A stretch of 64,000 bases of DNA, taken from assembly GCA_032718475.1 (NCBI GenBank), contig JAUCBJ010005230.1, positions 10,773-74,772 of the forward strand, written 5' to 3'. The first letter of the stretch is position 1; the number at the start of each line of letters is the position of its first letter. This document shows, piece by piece, positions 28,301 to 40,522 of the stretch. Source of the stretch: Nemertoderma westbladi (lineage: Eukaryota; Animalia; Xenacoelomorpha). The position numbers and the translations under genes were made by a program. The notes beneath the pieces are model-generated. The model did no database searches. It was given only the letters and a program-made list of their open reading frames with translations, and was not told the DNA's origin.

Positions 28301-29345
28301 ATGTCTGCTACGTTGAAATCTAACGCTATTTGCTATTCTAACATGTCTGCTACGTTGAAATCTAACGCTATTCTAACATGTCTGCTACGTTGAAATCTAA
28401 CGCTATTCTAACATGTCTGCTACGTTGAAATCTAAAGCTATTCTAACATGTCTGCTACGTTGAAATCTAACGCTATTCTAACATGTCTGCTACGTTGAAA
28501 TCTAAAGCTATTCTAACATGTCTGCTACGTTGAAATCTAACGCTATTCTAACATGTCTGCTACGTTGAAATCTAAAGCTATTCTAACATGTCTGCTACGT
28601 TGAAATCTAAACCTATTCTAACATGTCTGCTACGTTGAAATCTAACGCTATTCTAACATGTCTGCTACGTTGAAATCTAACGCTATTCTAACATGTCTGC
28701 TACGTTGAAATCTAACGCTATTCTAACATCTCTGCTATGTTGAAATCTAACGCTATTCTAACATGTCTGCTACGTTGAAATCTAAAGCTATTCTAACATG
28801 TCTGCTACGTTGAAATCTAAAGCTATTCTAACATGTCTGCTACGTTGAAATCTAACGCTATTCTAACATGTCTGCTACGTTGAAATCTAACGCTATTCTA
28901 ACATGTCTGCTACGTTGAAATCTAAAGCTATTCTAACATGTCTGCTACGTTGAAATCTAACGATATTCTAACATGTCTGCTACGTTGAAGTCTAAAGCTA
29001 TTCTAACATGTCTGCTACGTTGAATTCTAACGCTATTCTAACATGTCTGCTACGTTGAAATCTAAAGCTATTCTAACATGTCTGCTACGTTGAAATCTAA
29101 CGCTATTCTAACATGTCTGTTACGTTGAAATCTAAAGCTATTCTAACATGTCTGCTACGTTGAAATCTAACGCTATTCTAACATGTCTGCTACGTTGAAA
29201 TCTAAAGCTATTCTAACATGTCTGCTACGTTGAAATCTAAAGCTATTCTAACATGTCTGCTACGTTGAATTCTAACGCTATTCTAACATGTCTGCTACGT
29301 TGAAATCTATAGCTATTCTAACATGTCTGCTATGTTGAAATCTAA
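22341..29345. repeat. 35-bp satellite DNA (CTATTCTAACATGTCTGCTACGTTGAAATCTAA[A/C]G), about 200 copies
   Basis: Near-perfect tandem array of about 7 kb. Degenerate precursor units at about 22130-22340. Confidence 0.99.
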
Positions 29346-30546
29346 TGGTAAATTTGTAAAGCTACAATATTCTAAACTTTGCACGTTTTTCTCTTGGAAA
29401 TAGAAAAAACATAAAATGATCTTTATTAACATAATAATATTATTATAAACAAATTAATACTGTATTAGTTATAAAACGACCTTTAATATTATGTGCCTAT
29501 GTACAATGAACTATACTGTACAACTAAAGCACTAATGGGACTCAGACGTAACAGATACTATATATAATATATTTCGTATATCATAAAACTACGTACTGTG
29601 TATATTTTGATCCTGTAACAAACTGTTAAATTCGAAAAAGGTTAAATTCTCGTATTTTTCCTCCGACAAAAAGTAAATCTCAATTATATTAAGGAAAAAA
29701 AGTATATTCTGTTTTCCTGAAACTTTTGAAATATTTCGGTAACAAAGGATGGATAGATTGATTAGGCCTACTTATTTTATTTAAATTGCACATTATGAAG
29801 AATATAAATACCCTAAGAATGTAGCAGTACGGCATTACAAGTTGCAATATACTATAATTTAATCTTATAATAATATTTTTACTCAAATTTGTTGGAGTTA
29901 TACAGTACATGCAACATTATCCAGTTGCATAATAGTCATTACAACTGACCTAAAACGAGCAAAAATTCCGGCTCAATTCTGGGTTTCATAAGGTTTCCAA
30001 AATCGAACCTGGAGCCACTCAAACCAACATAAACGCCACATTATAACAAGATTCTCCACCCATGGGTTCCACCACCTACTGTGTATCAACAGCAACTTCC
30101 ACAATATCTGCGAGAACTGCTTGTGTAAGCTCTGCGGCCAACCATCGCCAATTTACCACCTCCTCAGCTGCCCCGTGAACTCCAGGTCGCTCGCACACTG
30201 GGCGAGTCTGAATCACCGAGGACTAAATCTCTGATTCTAACATACGCTATAATATTATTTAATTTTCTCAACCTAACTATTCATTTATTTAATTTAATTC
30301 TTATTATTTTTTGACGAGTTTTAAGTAGCGCCCAAATTTGCAACTTTTTACATATTTTATATAGTACTGACAATTAAATTATTTTACTTCCGTTTTTATT
30401 ACGCCCTGACGATGCCCTTCTGTGTTTTATTTATTGTTGCAAATCCTATGCTACTTAGATCAGATCAGATTATCTCCCCTCTTATTGGTGTGCACCACTG
30501 TATTATTTTAACCCAACCTTTTTGGTGAAATTAAATTATAATAATA

Positions 30547-30808
30547 ATTATATGTCGAAATAATTCACAGTCAGCAGATCACATTTAGTAGGCCTACAAC
30601 ATATAATTATCGGTCGAAATAATTCACTGTCTCATTTAAAACCTCCTATAATTATCGGTTGAAATAATTAAATATCAAGCAAAATAATTCAACAGACAAC
30701 ATGTTTTAAATCAACCTATAATATTAAGCAAAATAATGCAGTTTTGAAACATTATTTAAATCGATCAATAATACATATCAAGCGAAATAATTAAGTTGAA
30801 AAACATTA
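30547..30808 (-). repeat. Right copy of the inverted repeat pair
   Basis: Reverse complement of 21613-21860 and 21998-22020. Confidence 0.85.
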
Positions 30809-33719
30809 TTTAAAACGACCAATAATATCAATCCAAATAATTAAGCATGGCAAAAATCATTTAAAGTGATGAATAATATCACTCGTATTAAATTATTGAA
30901 TATTAATACTAAATCTACAGTACGCCATAGTTGCACAGTGTTTTATGATATTATTGATATTATGGTGGCGCTAAGTATACCAGTATCCATGATCTCTTAC
31001 TGTACCTAATACTGTATAGAATATTAGACCTATAGTACATTGACCTACATTAAGTACGAGATTTACTGAACATTATATTATTGTGCTTCTTATTATTCTA
31101 CTATGAATCCTAGGCCTACATACTGTAAGTGACACGACGCCAAGGGTAGCGAGAACTTCCACAACCACTACATATCTACCAAACATGCTCAGCGGAATTA
31201 TCAATCCGCAGACACAAAATGAATTTATTGACGTCCAAAAATTACATGTTGTATATTTTTTTGGTATAAATATGGCGGAATTCTGCCAACAATATTTTCT
31301 TACACTCTGAAATTTTGAAATGTTATTCATTTCAATTCATTTCCCAAGCAACAGTGACTCATAATGGCTTACATGGAGCGAGTTATATTTGAAAACAAAA
31401 ATCAGAACGTCCAAAATTTAAATATTTGAAGAATCGCAAAATACAATGAAAACCTTTGGATTGAAACCTTTGGTAGTGCATGTCCTATAACACAGCCATA
31501 CAGTATGATTACAGTGGGCCCTACAATGGAATAGGTCATTAATCAACAGTCAACACCAATTATCTGTGATATTTTACTATGAAAACTGAGTAACTGTATG
31601 GACAGCTTCGTAAACCCATTTGTTTGAAAAATATGGAAAATATATAAAATATATCTTTGTTTTAAGGATCAGTAATACCACCTGTGTTGCTGTTGAGGTT
31701 CTCGGTCCAAGACTTTGGCAAAATTAACCTAGATATGTCGCCGGGCTATCTTCTATGAAAGTTTTAGCACAAAATTATTGTTTTTGAAAAATTTACGGGG
31801 GTTTAGTACGTTCGTTCGTGCTATATTTTTGGAATCAAATATTTTGTAATAGACAAAGGGTAGCAGTTAAAAATCGGTTCTAGAAGACCCAGATGGCCTG
31901 GCCATGTTTTACAAAACCAATACTCATGATTGTAGCCCTAAAAGCTGCTGAACATTTTGGTATACGTTAGATGACAATTAAGTAAAAACAAACAAACTAA
32001 GAAAAAGGTTGTTTTATACTGAGAATCATGAATCATCCATTGATACTGTTGTTGAAAAGTGCTGTCAAAAAATCATTCAATGGTGAAAACCGATGTCACC
32101 ATACCACATTAAAAAAGCACTTCAATCAAACTACAGTACATAATAACAGATACAAATTTTTTGAGAACTTTGTAAATTTTGGTCCCCTTAGCAGTAGAAA
32201 CTGATTAATTGTTCCGGAGCTTTTATACTAGTCTTGCTATAAGTTATGATATAAAAAGGTACAATTCTCATTGTGAACCCTGCGCCCTGTCAAAATTACA
32301 GTAGAAGCCAATACAGCAGTGTCATGGTTGAGTACCCCATTCAAGAAAGCCGCCAAGAAATTTCACAAGCAGGCGGCTTATTTAAGTGGTCCGCAAGAGG
32401 TCTGATAGTGGGTTTGTTTAACCAGTATACAGTTTTTCCGAAACATTATGATAATCATATTGTATAGCCTATCTCTATATATAGGCCTACTGTATATATA
32501 TTACAGTATTATTATATACTGTATATTATCATATCATACAGCATGCTGGCATGTACCGTACAGTATTATCCGCGCATATGGACGATAACCTGTTTGCTAG
32601 TTGCTACCGGTACCGCTACAAGTACCATTCAATCGGTCAGACACTCAGACAGACCAATCTGCCAATCACCAATTCTGCATTGACTCCTAGTCAGTCGGCC
32701 TAGTTCTGTGGTTCCTTTTCTTGTTTCAGTGCTGCAGTCCAGTCTGCCAGTGTTCTTGTTCCTAGTTTAGTTACCGGTATACTGGTATAGGCCTACCTGT
32801 TAGTAGTTGGTTTGAGATTGCAGTTAGTTTTGGGTTGGTTGGAGTTGATGAGTTGGACTGTTTGTGAGTCAGTGAGTGGTGATTTTATTTGTCTGTTTGC
32901 TGTTGATTAAAACAACCGGACGGTACCGGGATAGGCTATTGGCTATAGCTACATTCTACACCTGTACTCCTTACAGCCTTCTCTACAATCAGACAATGTG
33001 CAGTCGAAGTGGACTAGACGAACCCTGGGATGGAATTCGTGGGAGGATTGAAGACATCGAAATATGTAAGTTTACAAACTCGGACTGTCAGACTGTGGAA
33101 ACGGTCCGCCTAAACACTGAAACACCCAACAGCCCAAATCACACAAAATTGACCAAATCACAACAAATTACACCAAAACAGCCAAATCTGAAATCACACC
33201 AAATCACAACAAATCACGGCTCAATGCAGTTTCTGGTACCCACACTTTTTCTTACTTGTATTGTTGTAAACCACCTTTCTGCCTTTAGTCAGACTCAGAC
33301 AGTTACCGGTACGCGGTAGACTGCCATACTGCTGTAGGTACTGTCATGCTGTCATGTCATAGGCAGATAGGTCTATCATAAACATTTATTCTTGTTAGGC
33401 CTAATATGTTTTGGTTTATTATTTTGGTTAGGGTTAGTTGGTCAGGCCTCAACCATAATTAAAACTGTCATGTAACCCTAACTGCCTAACCCTACTGCCC
33501 TAAGTCCAGAAGTCATACGGTAATCTAAAACATTTAGCGGAATTTCTGACATTATTGCCATAAGGCACGAAGGGCCGTTAATGGACGTTAACCTTTAACT
33601 TTTGGTGAAAACCTGGTATTCTTCACATGGCTGCATGGGGTTAACTGCAAAGTGAAATATAACGGCAGAAGGTGGAAGGTCTGGTATTCTTCACATGGGC
33701 CGGGTCATGGCACATGGCT

Positions 33720-34252
33720 GCATGGATAGAGAGTAACAAAAACATAGAAGTTAGGAAAGCAAAGGCTTTGGTAGCTCTATCAAAAATGGATACCATCTGG
33801 ACATCAGATCTATCCAGGCACCTGAAGGCTAAGTTCTTTCGAGCCACAGTGGAAAGTGTATTTTTATACGGGGGTGAGACCTGGATACTGACGAAATCAC
33901 TTGAACAACGAATTGATGGTTGCTACACAAGACTACTAAGGGCAGCCCTAAACATCAGCTGGAGACAAGCTCTATACCAACTGTATCAACCACCCTCCGT
34001 GGACGCCGATTAAGATTCAGTGGGCACTGCTGGCGAAGTAAAGACGAGGTCATACCAGACAGCCAGATCTACTTTTCTGGCAACCAACTCATGGAAAGCG
34101 TACCCGTGGACGACCGGCCATAACATATATAGACCAACTTGAAAGAGATACTGGACTTTTGGGAGAAACGAAATTGCGACAACTATGGAGAATCGGGAAG
34201 CCTGGAAGAATCTCATTTCCACTGTCCGAGTTCGCTCAATCTAGAAGTAGTA
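33720..34252 (+). mobile_element. RTE-clade LINE 3' fragment
   Basis: WIESNKNIEVRKAKA...FFRATVESVFLYGGETW. Near-identical to 17880-18421, with frameshifts. Short TAG-type tail. Confidence 0.9.
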
Positions 34253-34584
34253 AGGATAACAACAGTACCTACCTACAACTCTTCCGTGCTGCCTTGTGCG
34301 TGTGTGTGTATGCCCGATAGTGGAAAAAGTGTTTCAATAAGTACTTTATTATTAAAGTACCTATTATAAGCCTATATAATAGTTATATCAAAAATTCACC
34401 AAATTACGAAGTAGCGGTACACATTTCTGACCTCAAACCGATTAGAAACGCAAACCGACTATAAAGTTGCTCTAGTTGGTCAGACGTCAACCCTATGTCT
34501 GTCCTTAATAATAAAAGCCAATAATATAATAATGCATGCAACCTGTTTGTTTACGGTATTAACCATACAATGTTTTCTCTGCAG

Positions 34585-34726
34585 GTGTTCGTCAGGCCTA
34601 CGTTACCCTGGTAACGTCTGACTCCTACGTTTACGGGGCATTAGTCCTTGCTCACAGCCTCCGGAAGTCTGGAACTAAACGACAGATTGTCTGTTTGATA
34701 TCTCCACAACTGTCAGACGGTCACAG
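34585..34726 (+). CDS. GYG1: Glycogenin (GT8), internal coding exon equivalent to vertebrate exon 2
   Basis: TTTTCTCTGCAG| acceptor and |GTGGGT donor. Encodes VRQAYVTLVTSDSYVYGALVLAHSLRKSGTKRQIVCLISPQLSDGH. The phase-2 end joins in frame to 43184. The ATG exon was not identified. Confidence 0.92.
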
Positions 34727-34958
34727 GTGGGTGCTGAATGCGCGTGTTTCATATTTTAAGAACTGTATTAATTAATCTATTAATTATTTGTTCATTGTAT
34801 TATTTATACAATGAAATATAATTATTTGTTGTTTTGATTATTTTGATGAATTTGGTACGTCATCAATATTCTCATCAGTAATCTAGCTGATCTCAGCTGG
34901 GTGGCTTGGCATCATTGGTTCGCTTTCCAAAAGTTAAATTTCAGTCTAACAGAATTAA

Positions 34959-37900
34959 GGTGGTTCAACATGAAAAATAAATAGAAAAATCAATTTTTTT
35001 TTTATTATGGATTCTAAACCACAATTTAATGGAGATTCCGAATATGTAAGTTATATTCAATGAATGTCACTCTGTCAAAAGTTATGACGTATTTTGTGAA
35101 AGTTGTCCGAACATACCCGCCCCTAATAAAAGTCACCGCCAAGTCTATTTTTTGCTTCATAAGAATTTTGTTGCGAAAGAGACAAATCTATGTTATTTTC
35201 CACACTTTACAAAGTAGAGGGAAATTCAAAGTTGAATTTACAGTCTTTCTTATACATCTGGTAGGCCTATTGCAGCACACTGCGGATTTAGGTTGCTTGA
35301 GTTACTTTGAGCTCGGCTGGTATGCTGCTGTAGGTGTATTAATTTATAATTGTATATGGTGCGCCTAATACCAAGAGAATGCCTCGCAGTACAAGCACAT
35401 ACAAACATAATAAATTTCTCGGTAATCAACATGTGAAGAAGCTGGATGACAAACCCGTTGGTAAGTAAGTAAAAGTAGGTAGATGTCCGGTTTGGTAATC
35501 ATTGAAGGTACAATAGGGCTGCTCTTGATCAAGTTAGTTTGTGAATAATGTAGTGTATTGTCTGTATTAGTGGATTTATGACTTTTTTCTTCTTAGATAA
35601 CAGCCTTATTATTATTATTATTGTCATATCCACCAGTAGTTGGATATGACAATAATAATTTGTACCATAAGACCACAAAAACCCTAAAAACACCAAAAAA
35701 ATAGATGGCCTCAACCTCAATATAAGCTATCATACGGGTTATGCTTAGGTAACAGTTTTAGCATATGTTATATTATTTACATATTTACAAGCAAGTACTA
35801 CTTATTATAATGAGTATTGCCACTTTTTATAGATGTTCAAAGTGATGAAAGTGCACCCATCATAGCTGTACCAACAAGTAGTGCTAGCAGATCAAAACTG
35901 AGGTATGTGGATCCACCCAATCCCAAAGATGAGAATACTCCACCATCAACCTTCCATATCATTCATCTGTCCATACTCAATAAAGCACTAGGTAAATCTG
36001 CAATTTGCAAAACTTGCAAACGGAATGATAGTATTTCTGTCCACACTGTTCCTTCACCTACCAGTAGTGGATTCTGTGAGACCTTTGAACTTAGATGTAG
36101 ATATTGCTATCCTCATAGAATTGCCCCTGAGTCATTTAGTTCATCTAACTATAGCCATTCACATCCAAGGTTGTTTGAGCTTAACTTGCGTATGATGTAT
36201 GGATTTAGATGTGTTGGACTTGGGCTGGAGCCTGCCAAAATATTTGCAGCAGTTTCGGGCTTACCTCTTCCACCATCAAATATAATATGTGAAATAAATA
36301 TAATATATGAAAGTGCAGTGAAGATTGAATCATTGAAGTCAATGAAAAGGGCTGCAGGTGAAGCAAAGGATGCTAATGATGGTAGTAGTGATACAGGTGC
36401 ATCTTTTGACGGGTCGTGGCAAAGGCGAGGATACAGTTCTCTCAATGGGTTTGTTTCTTGTATAAGTATGGACACAGGGAAGGTGTTGGATGTTGAAATA
36501 TTGTCGAAGTTCTGTCGAACCTGTTCTAGGGAAGATAACCCTCTACCACACAAATGTACTAGCAATTACAGTGGGTCAAGTGGAGGAATGGAGGTTGTTG
36601 GGGCTCTCAATATCTATAATAGATCCATGAATGACAGAGGCCTTGCATATGTTGAGTACCTTGGGGATGGGGATACATCAACCTTTTCCAATGTATAAGA
36701 GGCCATACCTTATAAAGGAAAAGAGATAACCAAGTTGGAATGTGTAGGACACGTCCAAAAGAGACTCGGTTTACGGCTCCGTACCCTGAAGAAGGATCTT
36801 GGAAGGAAGAAACTGGCTGACAAAAAAGTGATAGGGGGAAGAGGTCGTCTGACTGATGACAAGATTGATAGTCTCCAGCTCTATTATTGTAGAGCCATAA
36901 GGTAAAACAACTGCTCTGTTCGGGAAATGAAGAAGGCTATATGGGCATCTTTCTTTCATACGTGCTCTACCGACAAGAGTCCAAGCCATCAGTTATGTTC
37001 TGATCGATGGTGCAAGTATAAACAGGCACAGAAAGAAGGTAAATGTTATGTACACAGAAACCTACTACCACGTGCTGTGACTGATGCCATTAAACCTATC
37101 TACAAGGCATTGTCAGAACCGGAATTATTATCTAAATGCCTTCATGGTCAGACACAAAATCGGAATGAAGCCCTGAATAATCTCGCTTGGAGTCGATGCC
37201 CAAAGAGGGTCTTCATTAGTAAACAAGCTCTCTCTATTGGCATAAATGATGCAGTTATATGCTTCAATGACGGTTATCAAGGAAGAGTTGGTGTCCTAGA
37301 CCAACTTGTCAGTAGTTCAAAGAAAACGGTTAAGGATTTTCAGACATTTGACCGAAATCGAATCCTGCAGGCTGACCGGAAAATATCCAAATTAGAGCGC
37401 CAGTCTAGAATTCTACGGCGACAAAGGCGGAAACGAAAACTTCCTACTGGGCCGAAAACATATGATAGTGGAATGTTCTAGACCACTTTATGTATTTGAT
37501 ATACTCCATGCTCCTTAGTTATATAGTTGCTGTTTGCCATAAATATAATTGGGTTTTTACATTGTAAAATAATTGTATGATCGAATGAAAATAATTGTAT
37601 GATCGAATGTATTAAAGTTTACATATTCACTGAACTTTAAACATGTTTTTCTGCCGCTTGCATTTGTCGCGTGCAGTTTTCATTCATGTACCTCTTTCTC
37701 AAAAACTACTGAAGGTATATGTATGAAATTTTGGGACTTTGTACAGAATTTCCAGCTCTTTCTTAATGGCCTCAATGACATAAATTCATCAATGTGGTTG
37801 TGCTTGCCTCTGTCTCAAAGTCAAAAAATAATTTTTTGAGTTTGAGACATTGGCAAACCCAAACACATTGATGGATTTATGTCATTGAGGCCATTAAGAA

Positions 37901-38199
37901 AGAGCTGGAAATTCTGTACAAGGTCCCAAAATTTCATACATCTACCTTCAGTAGTTTTTGAGGAATAGGTACATGAATGAAACTGGCACGCGAGAAATGC
38001 AAGCGGCAGAAAATGGCATTTAAATCGCTAATTTACATTACCGCTAATGAACATTTCATGCTTATATGGGTCTCTGGTGCATGAAATGATTATCCTGATG
38101 CCACCAAAACTTGTCCAACACAAATATTCATCATTTGGAGTTAAAATCTGTAGGAATATTTTTTTTTTAGTTTTTTTCAATTTTTCATGTTGAGCCACC
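34959..38199 (+). mobile_element. Kolobok-type DNA transposon, near full length
   Basis: TTAA TSD (34955-34958, 38200-38203). TIR GGTGGTTCAACATGAAAAAT / ATTTTTCATGTTGAGCCACC. Contains a DDE transposase pseudogene. Confidence 0.85.
35817..37481 (+). pseudogene. Kolobok-like DDE transposase with two in-frame TAA stops
   Basis: Single frame with FDGSWQRRGYSSLNG, YLGDGDTSTF, KLECVGHVQKR, GRLTD and HGQTQNRNEALN. Stops at 36696-36698 and 36903-36905. Confidence 0.88.
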
Positions 38200-38620
38200 T
38201 TAATAAAATTCCACAAATGGTGGTTGTTTGAAAGAAAGGAAATCTTATGGTGGATTAATTGTAATGCACTTATGTAAATTGAGTTATTTGTTCTTTTCGC
38301 AGCACTAAATTTATTAATAGACGTAAGCCTCAATGACTATGGTCAGTCTAAAACGTCCTAAAGACTAGTTTTTATTTAAAGGCTAGAAATTACGGAACCT
38401 ATCGATAGATCGATTTTTTGATATGTTGATCCCACATAGATATCGGTTGATATATTCATAACAACACTTATTACCAACCAATATCACACACAATTATTCA
38501 CTATTATATAATCCCTTGCAATGTTAGTATAAATCTACAGATATCTGCCTGACTATAACATAACGTCGATTTTGTAGAAACTGTAAGTGGAAAGAAATCT
38601 TATATTTTTTGTTTAATAAT

Positions 38621-38859
38621 TTAATAAGTAATTAAACAGGACTAAGGATGATCCAACTCTATAACAAATGGAGCGGAAAAAATGAATTCGCCACCAGCGG
38701 GGATTGAACCCGCGTCTCCCGATAAACGTTCAGGTATGCTAACCACTACACCGCGGATTTTTTCCGCTCCATTTGCTATAGAGTTGGATCATCCTTAGTC
38801 CTGTTTAATTACTTATTAATTTATACAATCTATGGATGTTAAACACATATACAATAACA
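38621..38859. mobile_element. tRNA-derived retroposon with inverted arms (SINE-like, hairpin structure)
   Basis: About 62-bp near-perfect inverted arms (38621-38683, 38757-38819) enclose a minus-strand tRNA-like segment with A box GTGTAGTGGTTAGC and B box GGTTCAATCCC. Flanking direct repeat TTTGTTTAATAAT at 38608 and 38860. Confidence 0.7.
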
Positions 38860-38882
38860 TTTGTTTAATAATTATGTTTGTA

Positions 38883-40522
38883 CTAGAAAGCCCGTGGCCT
38901 TCGGCCACGGCTTTCTAGTTCACAAGCTTCTATACAATCAATCAATCAATGGACAATATCAAACATAAATAAATTAATTAATTAACTTAACAAAACTTTA
39001 CATACGACTAACAGACTGATCCCGTTTTAGTTGCAGCTACATACAATAATAAACATAAGGCTTTATGTTGTAGTAGATACCTTCCAAGTAACACCTCCAA
39101 TGGATTACAAATAATAAAATGTGAAAAGGTTTAAACTGTGTGTAATATTTTCCCCTTAGTGGAAAACTGTATAACTGCAGAGTAGTGGTTAGCGTCCTCG
39201 CAAACATAATCTATAGTGCAGTAGGTCACTGCAGCAACTCTATCGTATTAAAATGGAAGGTTTTAATTTCATACATTTCGCCCCCTAGTGGCAGACTGCA
39301 TAATTATGCACTGGTTAGCGTCCTCCCCAAACATGACGACTATGGTGTAGTAGTCCTCTGCCAAGTGCCAAGTATCAGCAAAAAAGCATTCATAAACAAC
39401 AAAATTGTAGGTTTCCTCATTCAGACATTTCATCACCTAATAGCGGCAGAATGGGGAACTGTAGATTAGTCATCGTCTCCCCAAGCCCAAATACACACCC
39501 TACGGTGTAGTATACTCTGCTTGGTATCAGCAAAAAACATTATAAACATATTATGTAAAGGACCTAAGTATCAGCTAAAAATCATTAATAACAAAATAGG
39601 ATAAGATTTTCACTTTCACACATTTCGCCTCCTAGTGGCAGACTGAAGAACCGCAAACTGGTCGGCGTCCTCCCAACACGCAGCTATGGTCAGGTAGAAT
39701 TTATTCTGCAAAGTGTCAGCAGAGCGGTTACGAATTACGATGATGCAATAACTGCTGTTACAATTTCCTGCTTGCTGATCAGTAATTTCTCAGATAACAA
39801 AACAACTGCAGAATAATGCAATTTTACCTCAAAGACGCATTCATGCAAGTATCAAGTAAATGTGTAAAAAATCAGCCTCGAGATAGCCTTTACAATTCAT
39901 GTTCACGAGCTGAGGATGGTCTGCATTATATAGGTGCACGCACATGATAGAGTCAAGATCCAACTTGTAGGATGACGGTCTGACGCCCTGCTAGGCCTAC
40001 CTCGCTAGCACCCATCCGGTACATTGCAAAAATGAATAATTGAATCATTTTGTGTTTATGATTATATACAATATGTGAACTGAAAAAATGCTAATCTAAG
40101 ATTTACTGCTTGTTCTTACCAATGTAAGTCAAGAACCAATCACAGTAGATCCACTCCGCTCTCCTGCTGGGTCCTATTTATTGAGATTACTACTTAACCA
40201 ACCCAGCCTGCTGCAGGCCACCTATGATTGGTCTGCAAGTAGCTAGCTGCCTTGCTAACTAACTCTCAGCTTTGCCAGGCCTGTACTGCCAAAAGGAATA
40301 TTCGAATCACTTTGAGATTTTATCACACAACATGTTGCAGCGAATACAAAATACGCATTCACGCAAGCATACGCGTAAAATAAGCCTCGAGATAGCGATA
40401 GTTTACGTGCTCGGGACGAGAGCTTTCGATCGATGTATCATTCGCTCAGATTGGTGCCCGTGTGTCGGAGTGTATAGCTTGGACAGACTCACAGACAGAC
40501 AGAGGATATTTATATATATAGA
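38883..40522 (-). mobile_element. Non-autonomous Helitron, unit 1
   Basis: Minus strand 5' TCTATATATATAAAT with GTCT microsatellite. 3' hairpin CCGTGGCC-GAA-GGCCACGG followed by CTAG. Decayed ~120-bp internal repeats. Confidence 0.85.

Noticed and set aside
22341-29345. 35-bp array as a CRISPR array or information-coding A/C pattern
   Set aside because: Units are contiguous with no spacers. The variant pattern is explained by block duplications.
30150-30430. Possible Penelope-like 3' end (..HRGLNL*, CTGACGA half-hammerhead)
   Set aside because: Too short and degenerate; no GAAA half or recognisable GIY-YIG/RT.
32992-33064. Exon-like segment (CAG|...|GTAAGT) as glycogenin first exon
   Set aside because: No similarity to a glycogenin N-terminus and it lies among repeat-like sequence. 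Unsupported without transcripts.
36696-36905. Stop-codon reassignment or readthrough of TAA in the transposase
   Set aside because: Host genes in the window end in TAA normally. Two point mutations in a dead TE are the simpler explanation.
38687-38757. Functional tRNA gene (GTT in the loop)
   Set aside because: The acceptor stem does not pair and the conserved U33 is absent. The context indicates a tRNA-derived repeat.
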